The position numbers were made by a program, and so were the translations under genes. A stretch of 64,000 nt of DNA, taken from the NCBI GenBank assembly GCA_016933335.1, contig JAFGBD010000011.1:50946-114945 (forward strand). Direction: 5' to 3'. This stretch comes from Bacteroidales bacterium. Its GTDB lineage: Bacteria; Bacteroidota; Bacteroidia; Bacteroidales; UBA10428. Every line of letters starts with the position of its first letter. Positions within the stretch are counted from its first letter, which is position 1. This document shows, piece by piece, positions 50,166 to 58,034 of this stretch. The notes beneath the pieces were generated by a model, which ran no database searches, was not told where the DNA came from, and was given only the letters and a program-made list of their open reading frames with translations.

Positions 50166-50976
50166 CCTGGTGTTGTATTTTATGCCTGAATTCACTGTTA
50201 TACTGGTTTGCCGATTTCCCTGAGCCATAAAGGTTACCAATGTAAAATCCTGCGGCAAAGCTGCCGAAAACCCATCCATAAACACTGCTTATACCGTTTT
50301 TTTCAAATCCCCGGTATGACTGGTATGCACTTGCCGCAACCAGGATAAATGAGAAGATGCCGTCCTTCCAGAATCCCGTATATATTTTTCCCGTTCCGGG
50401 TATGATGGCGGACATCATAACACTTAATCCGGCACTTTTATATTTGAATTCCCTTTCCAGGTTCAGAATATTCCCGTAATCTGTAATAAACTCCGCCTGC
50501 ACAGACCTGTTTTGCCCGAGGAGAAGGTTTGCAGCATCGTAGTCCTCTTTCAGCATTTCACCTGACGTCAGTAAAAATAAACGGTCGGTTTCCGAAAAAC
50601 CGGTATTCAAACCGAGCAACCTTCCAGCCTCTTCAAATTGCCGTTCATGAAGCAATAGTCTTCCTGTTTCGGTTGCAATACCTTTTGGGATAACAGAATA
50701 ATTCCGGTAAAAAGAATTGATCCGTTCAAGCCCTCTCTGATATTCACCCTGTAACCTGTAAGACCTGATCAGCATCATCCTGGCCTTTATATTGGTACTG
50801 TCCATAAAGACCATCCGTTCGTATTCCATGGCAGCAAGCCTGTATTCTCCCGCTGTAAACAGGTAGTCGGCATAAGACAATGAATTCGAAACATCAAACA
50901 AATCCTGGCTTTTCAGCTGACATGCCTGAAATGCGGATAAAAAAATGATGATAAGAAGGCTATTCCAGCATTTCAT
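50137..50976 (-). CDS. signal-peptide + TPR protein with C-terminal PGxGK membrane hairpin (paralog 1)
   Basis: From ATG 50976: MKCWNSLLIIIFLSAFQACQ, then TPR-like repeats, then ...GLSVMMSAIIPGTGKIYTGFWKDGIFSFILVAASAY. The C-terminal module resembles what I recall of DUF5683. Confidence 0.55.
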   Translation of the reverse strand: MKCWNSLLIIIFLSAFQACQLKSQDLFDVSNSLSYADYLFTAGEYRLAAMEYERMVFMDSTNIKARMMLIRSYRLQGEYQRGLERINSFYRNYSVIPKGIATETGRLLLHERQFEEAGRLLGLNTGFSETDRLFLLTSGEMLKEDYDAANLLLGQNRSVQAEFITDYGNILNLEREFKYKSAGLSVMMSAIIPGTGKIYTGFWKDGIFSFILVAASAYQSYRGFEKNGISSVYGWVFGSFAAGFYIGNLYGSGKSANQYNSEFRHKIQHQVEETFSNYK

Positions 50977-51373
50977 ACTTAAAATCTCTTGGAGGATCAA
51001 TAAAAACTCTTTTTTCCGGATCAATATGATAATGCTCCGGACTTAAACCGTTGCAGCGTGAAAACCGGTCGAAAAAATTAATTGTACCGATGATGACACC
51101 CTGGTTTTTAATTGCCATGATGGCATATTCCGAGCAGGATGGTGTAAATGTGCATGAACTGGCATCCTGCGATGAGATGAAATTTTTGTAAAAGAGAAAC
51201 AGACGGGTAAAAATAAATTCTATTTCATTCTGATAGGTTCTGGCATATTGATACTTTTCCTCTGCTTTTTCAATTTTATTTAACTGTCTGAACTTTGTGA
51301 TATCCTCTTCAATCTGACCAAAAAAACTTAGGCTAATGAGCAGGAACAGGATAATCGTAATAATTCTTTTCAT
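50960..51373 (-). CDS. YidD-domain (PF01809-like) protein with N-terminal signal peptide and extension
   Basis: 137 aa. MKRIITIILFLLISLSFFGQ, a ~45-aa linker, then LFLFYKNFISSQDASSCTFTPSCSEYAIMAI...FDRFSRCN, matching the YidD pattern YQ..IS....C.F.P[ST]CS.Y....R..RC[HN]. Confidence 0.65.
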   Translation of the reverse strand: MKRIITIILFLLISLSFFGQIEEDITKFRQLNKIEKAEEKYQYARTYQNEIEFIFTRLFLFYKNFISSQDASSCTFTPSCSEYAIMAIKNQGVIIGTINFFDRFSRCNGLSPEHYHIDPEKRVFIDPPRDFKYEMLE

Positions 51374-52007
51374 TCAGGTTGTTCAGTTTTAGATGATCAA
51401 AAGTGGTTATCTGTGATGTCTGCTTGTCGCCGGTGTAAGTAAATTTAATCATACGTTTCGGAAATGCAAGTCCGTCAACAACCGTGTAATCCTCAAAAAA
51501 CTGCTTTCCAACAATTTTTCCTTCAGGATTCATAAAGATGATTCCGAACAAACGATTATTTTTTGTGGAAATCAGAACTTTCCCAAAGTACTTTTCATGG
51601 CTCTTTCCGGGTACCCAGGCGGAGATAACCAGGTCTCCGTCTTTTTCAACATTGTCAATTTTGTAGAAAGTATTTTCCATGCCATAATTGTTCAGTTGAT
51701 TCTCAAGACAGAGATTGAAAATCGAAAATTTCGTCATGTCGAAACTCCGGGTCCGGCTGTTCAGGGTGTCGGCTATAAAATGATATAAAACCGTATCTTT
51801 TGATACCAGAACCTGTTTCTCGGGGAAAGTAATATTGTAAACCAGCTTGCCGATGTTCTTATCATAGTAGAATTTCCCGATAGTAAGCTGGGATTGAAGC
51901 TCGCTCTTTTCCTTAACGGTGATATCCCCTTCTATCCTAAAAAAATGTTGCCCAAAAGCAATTTTGGGCAACAACAGTGTTATTAAAACGAGTATTCTTA
52001 AAACCAT
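51333..52007 (-). CDS. secreted protein of unknown function (LolA-like size/composition, unverified)
   Basis: 224 aa. Signal peptide MVLRILVLITLLLPKIAFGQ. Beta-rich with no catalytic motif. The LolA-like guess is inference only. Confidence 0.4.
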   Translation of the reverse strand: MVLRILVLITLLLPKIAFGQHFFRIEGDITVKEKSELQSQLTIGKFYYDKNIGKLVYNITFPEKQVLVSKDTVLYHFIADTLNSRTRSFDMTKFSIFNLCLENQLNNYGMENTFYKIDNVEKDGDLVISAWVPGKSHEKYFGKVLISTKNNRLFGIIFMNPEGKIVGKQFFEDYTVVDGLAFPKRMIKFTYTGDKQTSQITTFDHLKLNNLNEKNYYDYPVPAH

Positions 52008-52010
52008 CTA

Positions 52011-52457
52011 TCAGAAGAAACCGGCATATCCCAGGGCCCAGACATATATACCGAAATATAGAATAACTCCGACCAATGTACCAACAACACAGCCTTTAAG
52101 TGCCTGTTTGGTTTCTTCCTTATCCTCTGTTACGAAATAAACAACTGCAACACCCCAGACCCCTATGATACAGCCCCACCAGAATGAGGGTATGCCAAGC
52201 GGCGGTTCTGAGAATGGTATTGACAGATTGAAAGGATTGTTGAATGAAATGCCTGCAATCAGGGGGTGATTTTCATTCATCAGGCTTGTTAAAGTGATCC
52301 CTTCATTGATTTTGACATAGTTTTCCAGCATGTCCAGGTCTGAAAATTCTTTGTTCAGCTGATCCTGATCATAGCAAAACAGATCCGCATTGCCGGCAAA
52401 CAAACCATTGACAGCAATGGCTATTGCAAATACTGAGGTTAGTAGAGCTTTTTTCAT
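52011..52457 (-). CDS. secreted/2-TM membrane protein of unknown function
   Basis: 148 aa from ATG 52457. Signal peptide MKKALLTSVFAIAIAVNGLFAG, and two C-terminal helices (IPSFWWGCIIGVWGVAVVYFV; VVGTLVGVILYFGIYVWALGY). Confidence 0.45.
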   Translation of the reverse strand: MKKALLTSVFAIAIAVNGLFAGNADLFCYDQDQLNKEFSDLDMLENYVKINEGITLTSLMNENHPLIAGISFNNPFNLSIPFSEPPLGIPSFWWGCIIGVWGVAVVYFVTEDKEETKQALKGCVVGTLVGVILYFGIYVWALGYAGFF

Positions 52458-52481
52458 ACGCATGCGTTTTAAAATTATACT

Positions 52482-52489
52482 CAAATATA
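52482..52489 (-). promoter_or_regulatory. -7 promoter box (TATATTTG) between the NusG paralog and the envelope cluster
   Basis: TAnnTTTG match ending 18-24 nt upstream of ATGs 52463/52457. An ATTG lies 18 nt upstream of the box. Confidence 0.35.
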
Positions 52490-52553
52490 AAGAATTATTA
52501 TATAAATCAATAGGGCAGACCAACTTTATATTGATTCTAAATAATTTCAGAGT

Positions 52554-53078
52554 TCAGGATGTCCTGGGCACCCTGATGCGTTCAACCAGGGCAGGATGAA
52601 TGTCTACTGTAAAGCTATAGTCCAGTGCATCCAGGCTGATAAGTAATTTTTTCTTTTGTCTGACTTTTACAATTCTCCCTTTCAGACCTTTCAGCACACC
52701 GGCAGTGATATGAACAAAATCACCCTCACCCAGGTCCGGTGAAGCAAACTCAAACTCCTCCCCTGAGCCCAGCAGTATTTTAAGGTTCTGTATCTGCCAG
52801 GCAGGAATAGAAGTAGGTTTGCCAAGGAATTTAACAAATGATACCACTCCCTGTATTTTCAGTACCTCAAAATATTCCCTGCCTTTAATATGGACAAACA
52901 GGTAGCCGCGGATCAATGGTAAATGTACCCTCTTTTTCCTGTCACTCCATTGCCTGATGGTCTTGAACAGCGGAAGGTATGCTTCAATATTGTTTTCCTC
53001 CATTTCAGCGGCAACTTTCTTTTCAGCCCTGGATCGTACATACACCGCATACCATTTCTTTGTCTTTTTGTCAATCAT
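52554..53078 (-). CDS. UpxY-family NusG-like transcription antiterminator
   Basis: 174 aa. NGN domain KKWYAVYVRSRAEKKVAAEMEENNIEAYLPL...RGYLFVHI. KOW-like GDFVHITAGVLKGLKGRIVKV. Confidence 0.85.
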   Translation of the reverse strand: MIDKKTKKWYAVYVRSRAEKKVAAEMEENNIEAYLPLFKTIRQWSDRKKRVHLPLIRGYLFVHIKGREYFEVLKIQGVVSFVKFLGKPTSIPAWQIQNLKILLGSGEEFEFASPDLGEGDFVHITAGVLKGLKGRIVKVRQKKKLLISLDALDYSFTVDIHPALVERIRVPRTS

Positions 53079-53155
53079 TGTGTCCTGAATACCGGGTATT
53101 ACCCGTATATACTTTTTTATGCCATATCCGGATTTCCTGCAAAAACAGGAAAGAC

Positions 53156-53749
53156 TTACAGATCCTGGCTTTTTCGTTCGGAAGTTTTAAGATAACATTC
53201 TCTGCACAAGGGTTCATAAGTATTTTCAGCTCCCAGGAGAACGAGCTCATCCGTATCAATCTTACGATGGGAATATTGTGCAATATTCCCGCATCTCACG
53301 CACACTGCATGAAGCTTTGTTACAAAATCTGCAACAGCCATGAGGGCAGGAATGGAGCCAAACGGCTTGCCCTGATAATCCATATCAAGACCGGCGACAA
53401 TGATCCTTATGCCTGAATTTGCCATGAAATTACATATCTCAATCAAATCGCCGGAAAAAAACTGGCCTTCATCAATACCCACTACATCAATGCCTTTGGT
53501 ATGTGCAATAATTTCCCTGGCTGAGGATACCGAAATTGAAGGAATAGAATTATCATCATGGGTAACCAGCTCATCCGAAGCAAAACGTTTATCCAGCGCA
53601 TGTTTGAAAATTTTCACTTTCTGGTTGGCAAGCTTTACCCTTCTCAACCTTCTGATCAGCTCTTCGGTTTTTCCTGAAAACATCGAACCCGTGATGACCT
53701 CAATCCAGCCCTTTTTCGTTTTGGTATTTATATCATTTTCGTCGTACAT
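53156..53749 (-). CDS. tdk: thymidine kinase
   Basis: 197 aa. P-loop GSMFSGKTEELIRR, motif VGIDEGQFF, and a C-terminal Zn ribbon (CVRCG...CRECY). Confidence 0.93.
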   Translation of the reverse strand: MYDENDINTKTKKGWIEVITGSMFSGKTEELIRRLRRVKLANQKVKIFKHALDKRFASDELVTHDDNSIPSISVSSAREIIAHTKGIDVVGIDEGQFFSGDLIEICNFMANSGIRIIVAGLDMDYQGKPFGSIPALMAVADFVTKLHAVCVRCGNIAQYSHRKIDTDELVLLGAENTYEPLCRECYLKTSERKSQDL

Positions 53750-53784
53750 TCTTGCAAGAATTTCCTAATTTTAACGTTAAGATA

Positions 53785-53792
53785 CAAAATTA
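53785..53792 (-). promoter_or_regulatory. -7 promoter box (TAATTTTG) upstream of tdk
   Basis: TAnnTTTG match ending 35 nt upstream of the tdk ATG. Confidence 0.4.
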
Positions 53793-53824
53793 ACCATTTG
53801 AAAAAATTATCTTACCATAATATA

Positions 53825-54568
53825 ATGGATTATAAACACACTATTGACATACTCTCTGAGAATATAAAGGAACTGGATGAAATTGTCAGCGGATTTGCAG
53901 GATTGGAAAAAATTCCTGCAGTTGACCTTGATCTGGTTCTTGACAAAACCCGTAATATATACGAGGTTCTGTTATTGCTGAAAAAAGCTGTTGCCGGAAG
54001 CAGCCCCGGACCAACTGAACCGCCAAAAAAAGTAAAGGCAGAGTCGTTGCCTGAAGAGATGCACTCATCAAATCCGGAAGAGCCCCATTTATCAAAGGGT
54101 GAAAAAACCAGGAAGGAGTCTGACGGCGGTCAGGATATCATGGAACCGGAAACACCCCGTTCCATTGATTCAAAAGAAACGCCCGATACTCCTGATAAGA
54201 TTAAAGAGCCGGATGAAGACACTCCCAGAATACTTTCAGACCGGTTTAAAAAACAAACAACTTCGCTTAATGAAAATATGATCCAGTCAAAAGGAATTTA
54301 TGATCTTTCAACCAGGTTACAAACAAAGCCAATCTCAAACATACAGAATGCAATCGGATTAAATGACAAATTTCTGTTTATCAATGAGCTGTTTGATGGT
54401 GAGACCGATAAATACAATCAGACCATTGAAATCCTCAACAATGCAACACATTTCAATGAAGCATATAATTATCTGGTGGAAAAATTCCAGTGGGACATGG
54501 ATAGCGAACCGGTTCAAAAAATTCTCGATCTCATCCGCCGAAAGCTTATAGTCAGAAAAGATGAGTAA
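53825..54568 (+). CDS. hypothetical protein with acidic/Pro-rich linker and conserved-looking C-terminal domain
   Basis: 247 aa from ATG 53825; the track start at 53798 is TTG. Central low-complexity P/E/K/T/D segment. Its stop overlaps the rsmI start (ATGAGTAA), implying translational coupling. Confidence 0.5.
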   Translation: MDYKHTIDILSENIKELDEIVSGFAGLEKIPAVDLDLVLDKTRNIYEVLLLLKKAVAGSSPGPTEPPKKVKAESLPEEMHSSNPEEPHLSKGEKTRKESDGGQDIMEPETPRSIDSKETPDTPDKIKEPDEDTPRILSDRFKKQTTSLNENMIQSKGIYDLSTRLQTKPISNIQNAIGLNDKFLFINELFDGETDKYNQTIEILNNATHFNEAYNYLVEKFQWDMDSEPVQKILDLIRRKLIVRKDE

Positions 54569-55244
54569 ACTGTACCTTGTACCAACACCCGTTGGAAATC
54601 TTGAAGACATTACTTTCAGGGCGGTCAGGATTCTTAGGGAAGTTGATCTGATCTTGTGCGAAGACACCAGGAAGACGTCCGTTTTGCTGAAACATTATCA
54701 GATAACCAATAAAGTAAAATCCCATCATCAATTCAATGAGCACAGGACTTTAAATCAGGTTATTCGTGATTTGAAATCAGGCATGAATATCGCCCTGGTT
54801 ACCGATGCGGGTACTCCTTCAGTATCCGATCCCGGATTTTTAGTCGTAAGGGAATGCATTAACAATCACATTCAGGTGGAATGCCTTCCCGGCCCTGTTG
54901 CTCTTATCCCTGCTCTTGTTATTTCAGGCTTCCCGACTGACAGTTTCTGTTTCGAAGGTTTTCTCCCGCATAAAAAAAGAAGACAGACCCTTCTCAAAAA
55001 ACTGTCAGAAGAAAAACGCACGGTCATCCTGTATGAATCACCCCACCGCCTTCTTAAAACCCTCAGAGAACTGGCCGTATTCATGGGACCCGATCAAAAA
55101 ATGTCGGTCTCACGCGAATTAACCAAAATTCATGAAGAAACAAGAAGAGGTTCTGTTTCTGAACTGATTGAATACTATGAATCTAAACCTGTTAAAGGAG
55201 AAATCGTCATTGTTATCGGACCCAAATCAAATACAGGGGATTAA
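54561..55244 (+). CDS. rsmI: 16S rRNA (cytidine1402-2'-O)-methyltransferase
   Basis: 227 aa. MSKLYLVPTPVGNLEDITFRAVRILREVDLILCEDTRKT and DAGTPSVSDPG are typical RsmI motifs. Confidence 0.92.
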   Translation: MSKLYLVPTPVGNLEDITFRAVRILREVDLILCEDTRKTSVLLKHYQITNKVKSHHQFNEHRTLNQVIRDLKSGMNIALVTDAGTPSVSDPGFLVVRECINNHIQVECLPGPVALIPALVISGFPTDSFCFEGFLPHKKRRQTLLKKLSEEKRTVILYESPHRLLKTLRELAVFMGPDQKMSVSRELTKIHEETRRGSVSELIEYYESKPVKGEIVIVIGPKSNTGD

Positions 55245-55647
55245 TCACTGTTTATAACTAATTTATATTCTACCTGCGGATCTTCAATAATTACGGTCAT
55301 CTCCGCACTTTCTTATTTGCAATTAGAATTTCTTATAATAATTGGATATTCGGATGCTAATATCTTAATTTTACATTTCCTTTAAATCATGAATATCTGA
55401 ATCATGATATATGAATAATAAAAATGAATAATTGGAAAATCAGATCTGCATCTTTTAATATTACCAAATTCCTGAATGAAAATCATTCATATCAGAATGT
55501 CCGTAATCGAACAAAAATTGTTCCTTATCGCGCACTTTTAACAGTTCAAATCTTTCACGCACTTTATTATATAATTGATAATTAATCTATTAATGGCTTT
55601 GGCACAATAAATGCTAAATATTTAAACAACAACCAAATCATCAAATC

Positions 55648-56103
55648 ATGAACTCAAAAATCAACATATTCAGAAAAAGTAAAACAGCAATGCTGATTTT
55701 ACTGGTTGCATCTGTTTTTACATTCACCATGAAAGGCCAGCTTTCTGCCAGCCATATGGCTAAAGAATTACAGATTCTTGACAAACTGATCAGCGACATT
55801 AAATGGGATACTTACTCAAATTATTTGCTCTATCATAATATAGCTTATTCAGCTGCTGACATAGAGGATAACCAGAACATTGAAATCTGGATGATTGATT
55901 TAAGCTGCTGGAATTGCGAAGCATCAGAAGAACTCAACGAGTTACTGTGTGTTCAGGAGTTTGAATATGACTATCCTGTTGAAGACTGGATGCTCGAGGT
56001 ATCCGGCATTACAGCGCAAAATGATACGCAGTATGAAAAGGAAGACAGCTATCCTGTTGAGAACTGGATGTATGACTTAACGAAGTTCAAAGGCATAAAT
56101 TAA
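55648..56103 (+). CDS. hypothetical secreted protein with three E-x-W-M motifs
   Basis: 151 aa. Signal/anchor TAMLILLVASVFTFTMKGQ. Contains IEIWM, YPVEDWM and YPVENWM. Confidence 0.5.
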   Translation: MNSKINIFRKSKTAMLILLVASVFTFTMKGQLSASHMAKELQILDKLISDIKWDTYSNYLLYHNIAYSAADIEDNQNIEIWMIDLSCWNCEASEELNELLCVQEFEYDYPVEDWMLEVSGITAQNDTQYEKEDSYPVENWMYDLTKFKGIN

Positions 56104-56112
56104 CCTGACCGG

Positions 56113-57429
56113 TTACTCCATATTCCCTTCCATATCAGATTTATCAAGTACGTTCTGAGGTATGTCTTTCCTGGTTTTAATACCAAGTTCCTTTAGATCC
56201 TGAGCCCGTTTAACGAGGCTTCCCTTTCCCCAGCTAAGCTTATTCATTGATGCATCATAACTTTTTTGGGTTTGTTTCAGCTTATGACCAACATCGGTCA
56301 GATCTTCCACAAATCCTGCAAATTTATCATACAGATCCCCGCTCCTTCGCGCTATTTCAAGGGCATTTTTATTCTGATATTCCTGCCGCCATAAACTCAC
56401 GACCAGTTTCAGGGCAGCAATCAGGTTTGTCGGGCTGATGAGTAAAATCCTTTTGTCATAAGCATACTGCCATATTTCCGAATCAGTCTGAATAGCCAGC
56501 ATATATGCAGGCTCAACAGGCAGAAACATCATTACGAAATCGAGAGAATTCAACTGGTACAAATCCTGGTAATTCTTCAAACTCAACTCCTGAATGTGTT
56601 TCCTGACAGACAGCAAATGCTCTTTCAGGGCTGATTCTCTTGATTTTTCATCATCAGCGGATACATACCTTTCATATGCTGTAAGTGAGACTTTTGAATC
56701 AATCACAATGCTTCTGTTACCGGGATAGATCAGAATGACATCCGGCTGCTGTCTTTTTTCATCTTCACTCCTGAAAGATTCCTGTATGAAATATTCCCTG
56801 TCTTTTACCAGGCCTGATTTTTCAAGGATGCTTTCAAGAATGATTTCCCCCCAGATGCCCTGTGATTTTGAATCTCCTTTCAGAGCTTTTGTAAGGTTAC
56901 TTGCCTCTTTGCTGACCTGCTGGTTCAGCTCGGCCAGCCGCCTGACCTCTTCTTTCAGGGAGTATCTTTGCTGGGATTCTTTATCATAGACCTCCTCAAC
57001 TTTTTTTTCAAAATCCTTGATCTTTTCTCCCAGGGGTTTTAAAATATCATTGAGGTTTATTTTATTCTGTTCCGTAAACTTCTTACTCTTTTCCTCAAGA
57101 ATTTCATTGGCCAGATTCCTGAATTCAATGGTGAAACGATCCTGCAGATTTTCAATCTCTTTCTGATGCTCCATCAGTTTTTTTTCAAGGGCTTTGTATT
57201 CAGCTTGTTTAGCATTATACTCCCCATTCAGGTCAAACAACATCTTTTCTTTCTCACCCAATGTTCTTTTTAACTCGTCTATACTGCCGAGCAAAATGTT
57301 CTCTTTCTCAGTATTTAACCTGGCAGAGCTTATATACCTGGTTCTCAGTATCAGATAAACAGCAGCGGCTCCTGTCATGATACCCAGTACCAGTGTTACA
57401 ACGCCCATTATCAGTGTTATGATATCCAT
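56113..57429 (-). CDS. rmuC: DNA recombination protein RmuC
   Basis: 438 aa. N-terminal TM helix, long coiled coil, and C-terminal RmuC nuclease-like domain (PDVILIYPGNRSIVIDSKVSLTAY, DFVMMFLPVEPAY). Confidence 0.9.
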   Translation of the reverse strand: MDIITLIMGVVTLVLGIMTGAAAVYLILRTRYISSARLNTEKENILLGSIDELKRTLGEKEKMLFDLNGEYNAKQAEYKALEKKLMEHQKEIENLQDRFTIEFRNLANEILEEKSKKFTEQNKINLNDILKPLGEKIKDFEKKVEEVYDKESQQRYSLKEEVRRLAELNQQVSKEASNLTKALKGDSKSQGIWGEIILESILEKSGLVKDREYFIQESFRSEDEKRQQPDVILIYPGNRSIVIDSKVSLTAYERYVSADDEKSRESALKEHLLSVRKHIQELSLKNYQDLYQLNSLDFVMMFLPVEPAYMLAIQTDSEIWQYAYDKRILLISPTNLIAALKLVVSLWRQEYQNKNALEIARRSGDLYDKFAGFVEDLTDVGHKLKQTQKSYDASMNKLSWGKGSLVKRAQDLKELGIKTRKDIPQNVLDKSDMEGNME

Positions 57430-57456
57430 ATCAGATCAAACAGTACAGGTTATTTA

Positions 57457-57464
57457 CAAATATA
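57457..57464 (-). promoter_or_regulatory. -7 promoter box (TATATTTG) upstream of rmuC
   Basis: TAnnTTTG match ending 27 nt upstream of the rmuC ATG. Confidence 0.4.
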
Positions 57465-57546
57465 TTTAAAAGAAGAGAGTCCTGGCCCGAATTGTTCATA
57501 AAATTTTCCAGGCTCAATGGTTGTATTGTGAATCAAAAAGCCGGCA

Positions 57547-57580
57547 GAAAAAAAAAGTCCGCCCATGTTATAAGCGGACT
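57547..57580 (-). terminator. rho-independent terminator after the ferredoxin gene
   Basis: Stem agtccgc (57556-57562) / gcggact (57574-57580). On the minus strand it is followed by a 9-nt U-tract (A-run 57547-57555). Lies 24 nt after the ferredoxin stop. Confidence 0.65.
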
Positions 57581-57603
57581 GTAATTTAAAGCTGTAATAT
57601 CTA

Positions 57604-57771
57604 TTATGCCGGACTGATGCATTCAACCGGGCAGACATCAGCACAAGTACCGCAATCAGTACATTTTTCGGGATCAATTACATAGATGTCTCCTTCAGAG
57701 ATTGCTTCCTCCGGACATTCGGAGATACATGTACCACATGCAGTACATTCGTCACTTATTACATAAGCCAT
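57604..57771 (-). CDS. 2x[4Fe-4S] ferredoxin (55 aa)
   Basis: Below the track cutoff. MAYVISDECTACGTCISECPEEAISEGDIYVIDPEKCTDCGTCADVCPVECISPA has two CxxCxxCxxxCP clusters. Confidence 0.85.
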   Translation of the reverse strand: MAYVISDECTACGTCISECPEEAISEGDIYVIDPEKCTDCGTCADVCPVECISPA

Positions 57772-57795
57772 GATATTGTTGTTTTAATTAAAAAT

Positions 57796-57803
57796 GCAAA
57801 TTT
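57796..57803 (-). promoter_or_regulatory. -7 promoter box (TAAATTTG) upstream of the ferredoxin gene
   Basis: TAnnTTTG match ending 24 nt upstream of ATG 57771. Confidence 0.4.
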
Positions 57804-58034
57804 ATACTCAAAATTTAAAAACCAAAACCAATTTTTAATTTTTCTCATGTAAGGGTATTGATCCCGGATATTATCAGGATGGTTATATTCAGAGTGATGA
57901 TCCTGGAGCATATGCCCGAATAATGTCGGACTTCATGCTGCAGGATTTCAGAACACAGACCTTCAGGTTATGAATCTCCGGTTTGCCAAACCCGGTATCA
58001 GCACCGGTAAGATGCCGGGAGATTTCATCCTTGA

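Noticed and set aside
57848-58030. Start-less 40-codon frame (KGIDPGYYQDGYIQSDDPGAYARIMSDFMLQDFRTQTFRL) followed by GC-rich nested hairpins (ccggtttg/caaaccgg-like, ccggt/accgg) downstream of the 1099-aa OMP gene
   Set aside because: It could be a gene relic plus a terminator-like structure. There is no start codon and I recognise no family. The hairpins are imperfect and lack a U-tract, so this is too weak to call.
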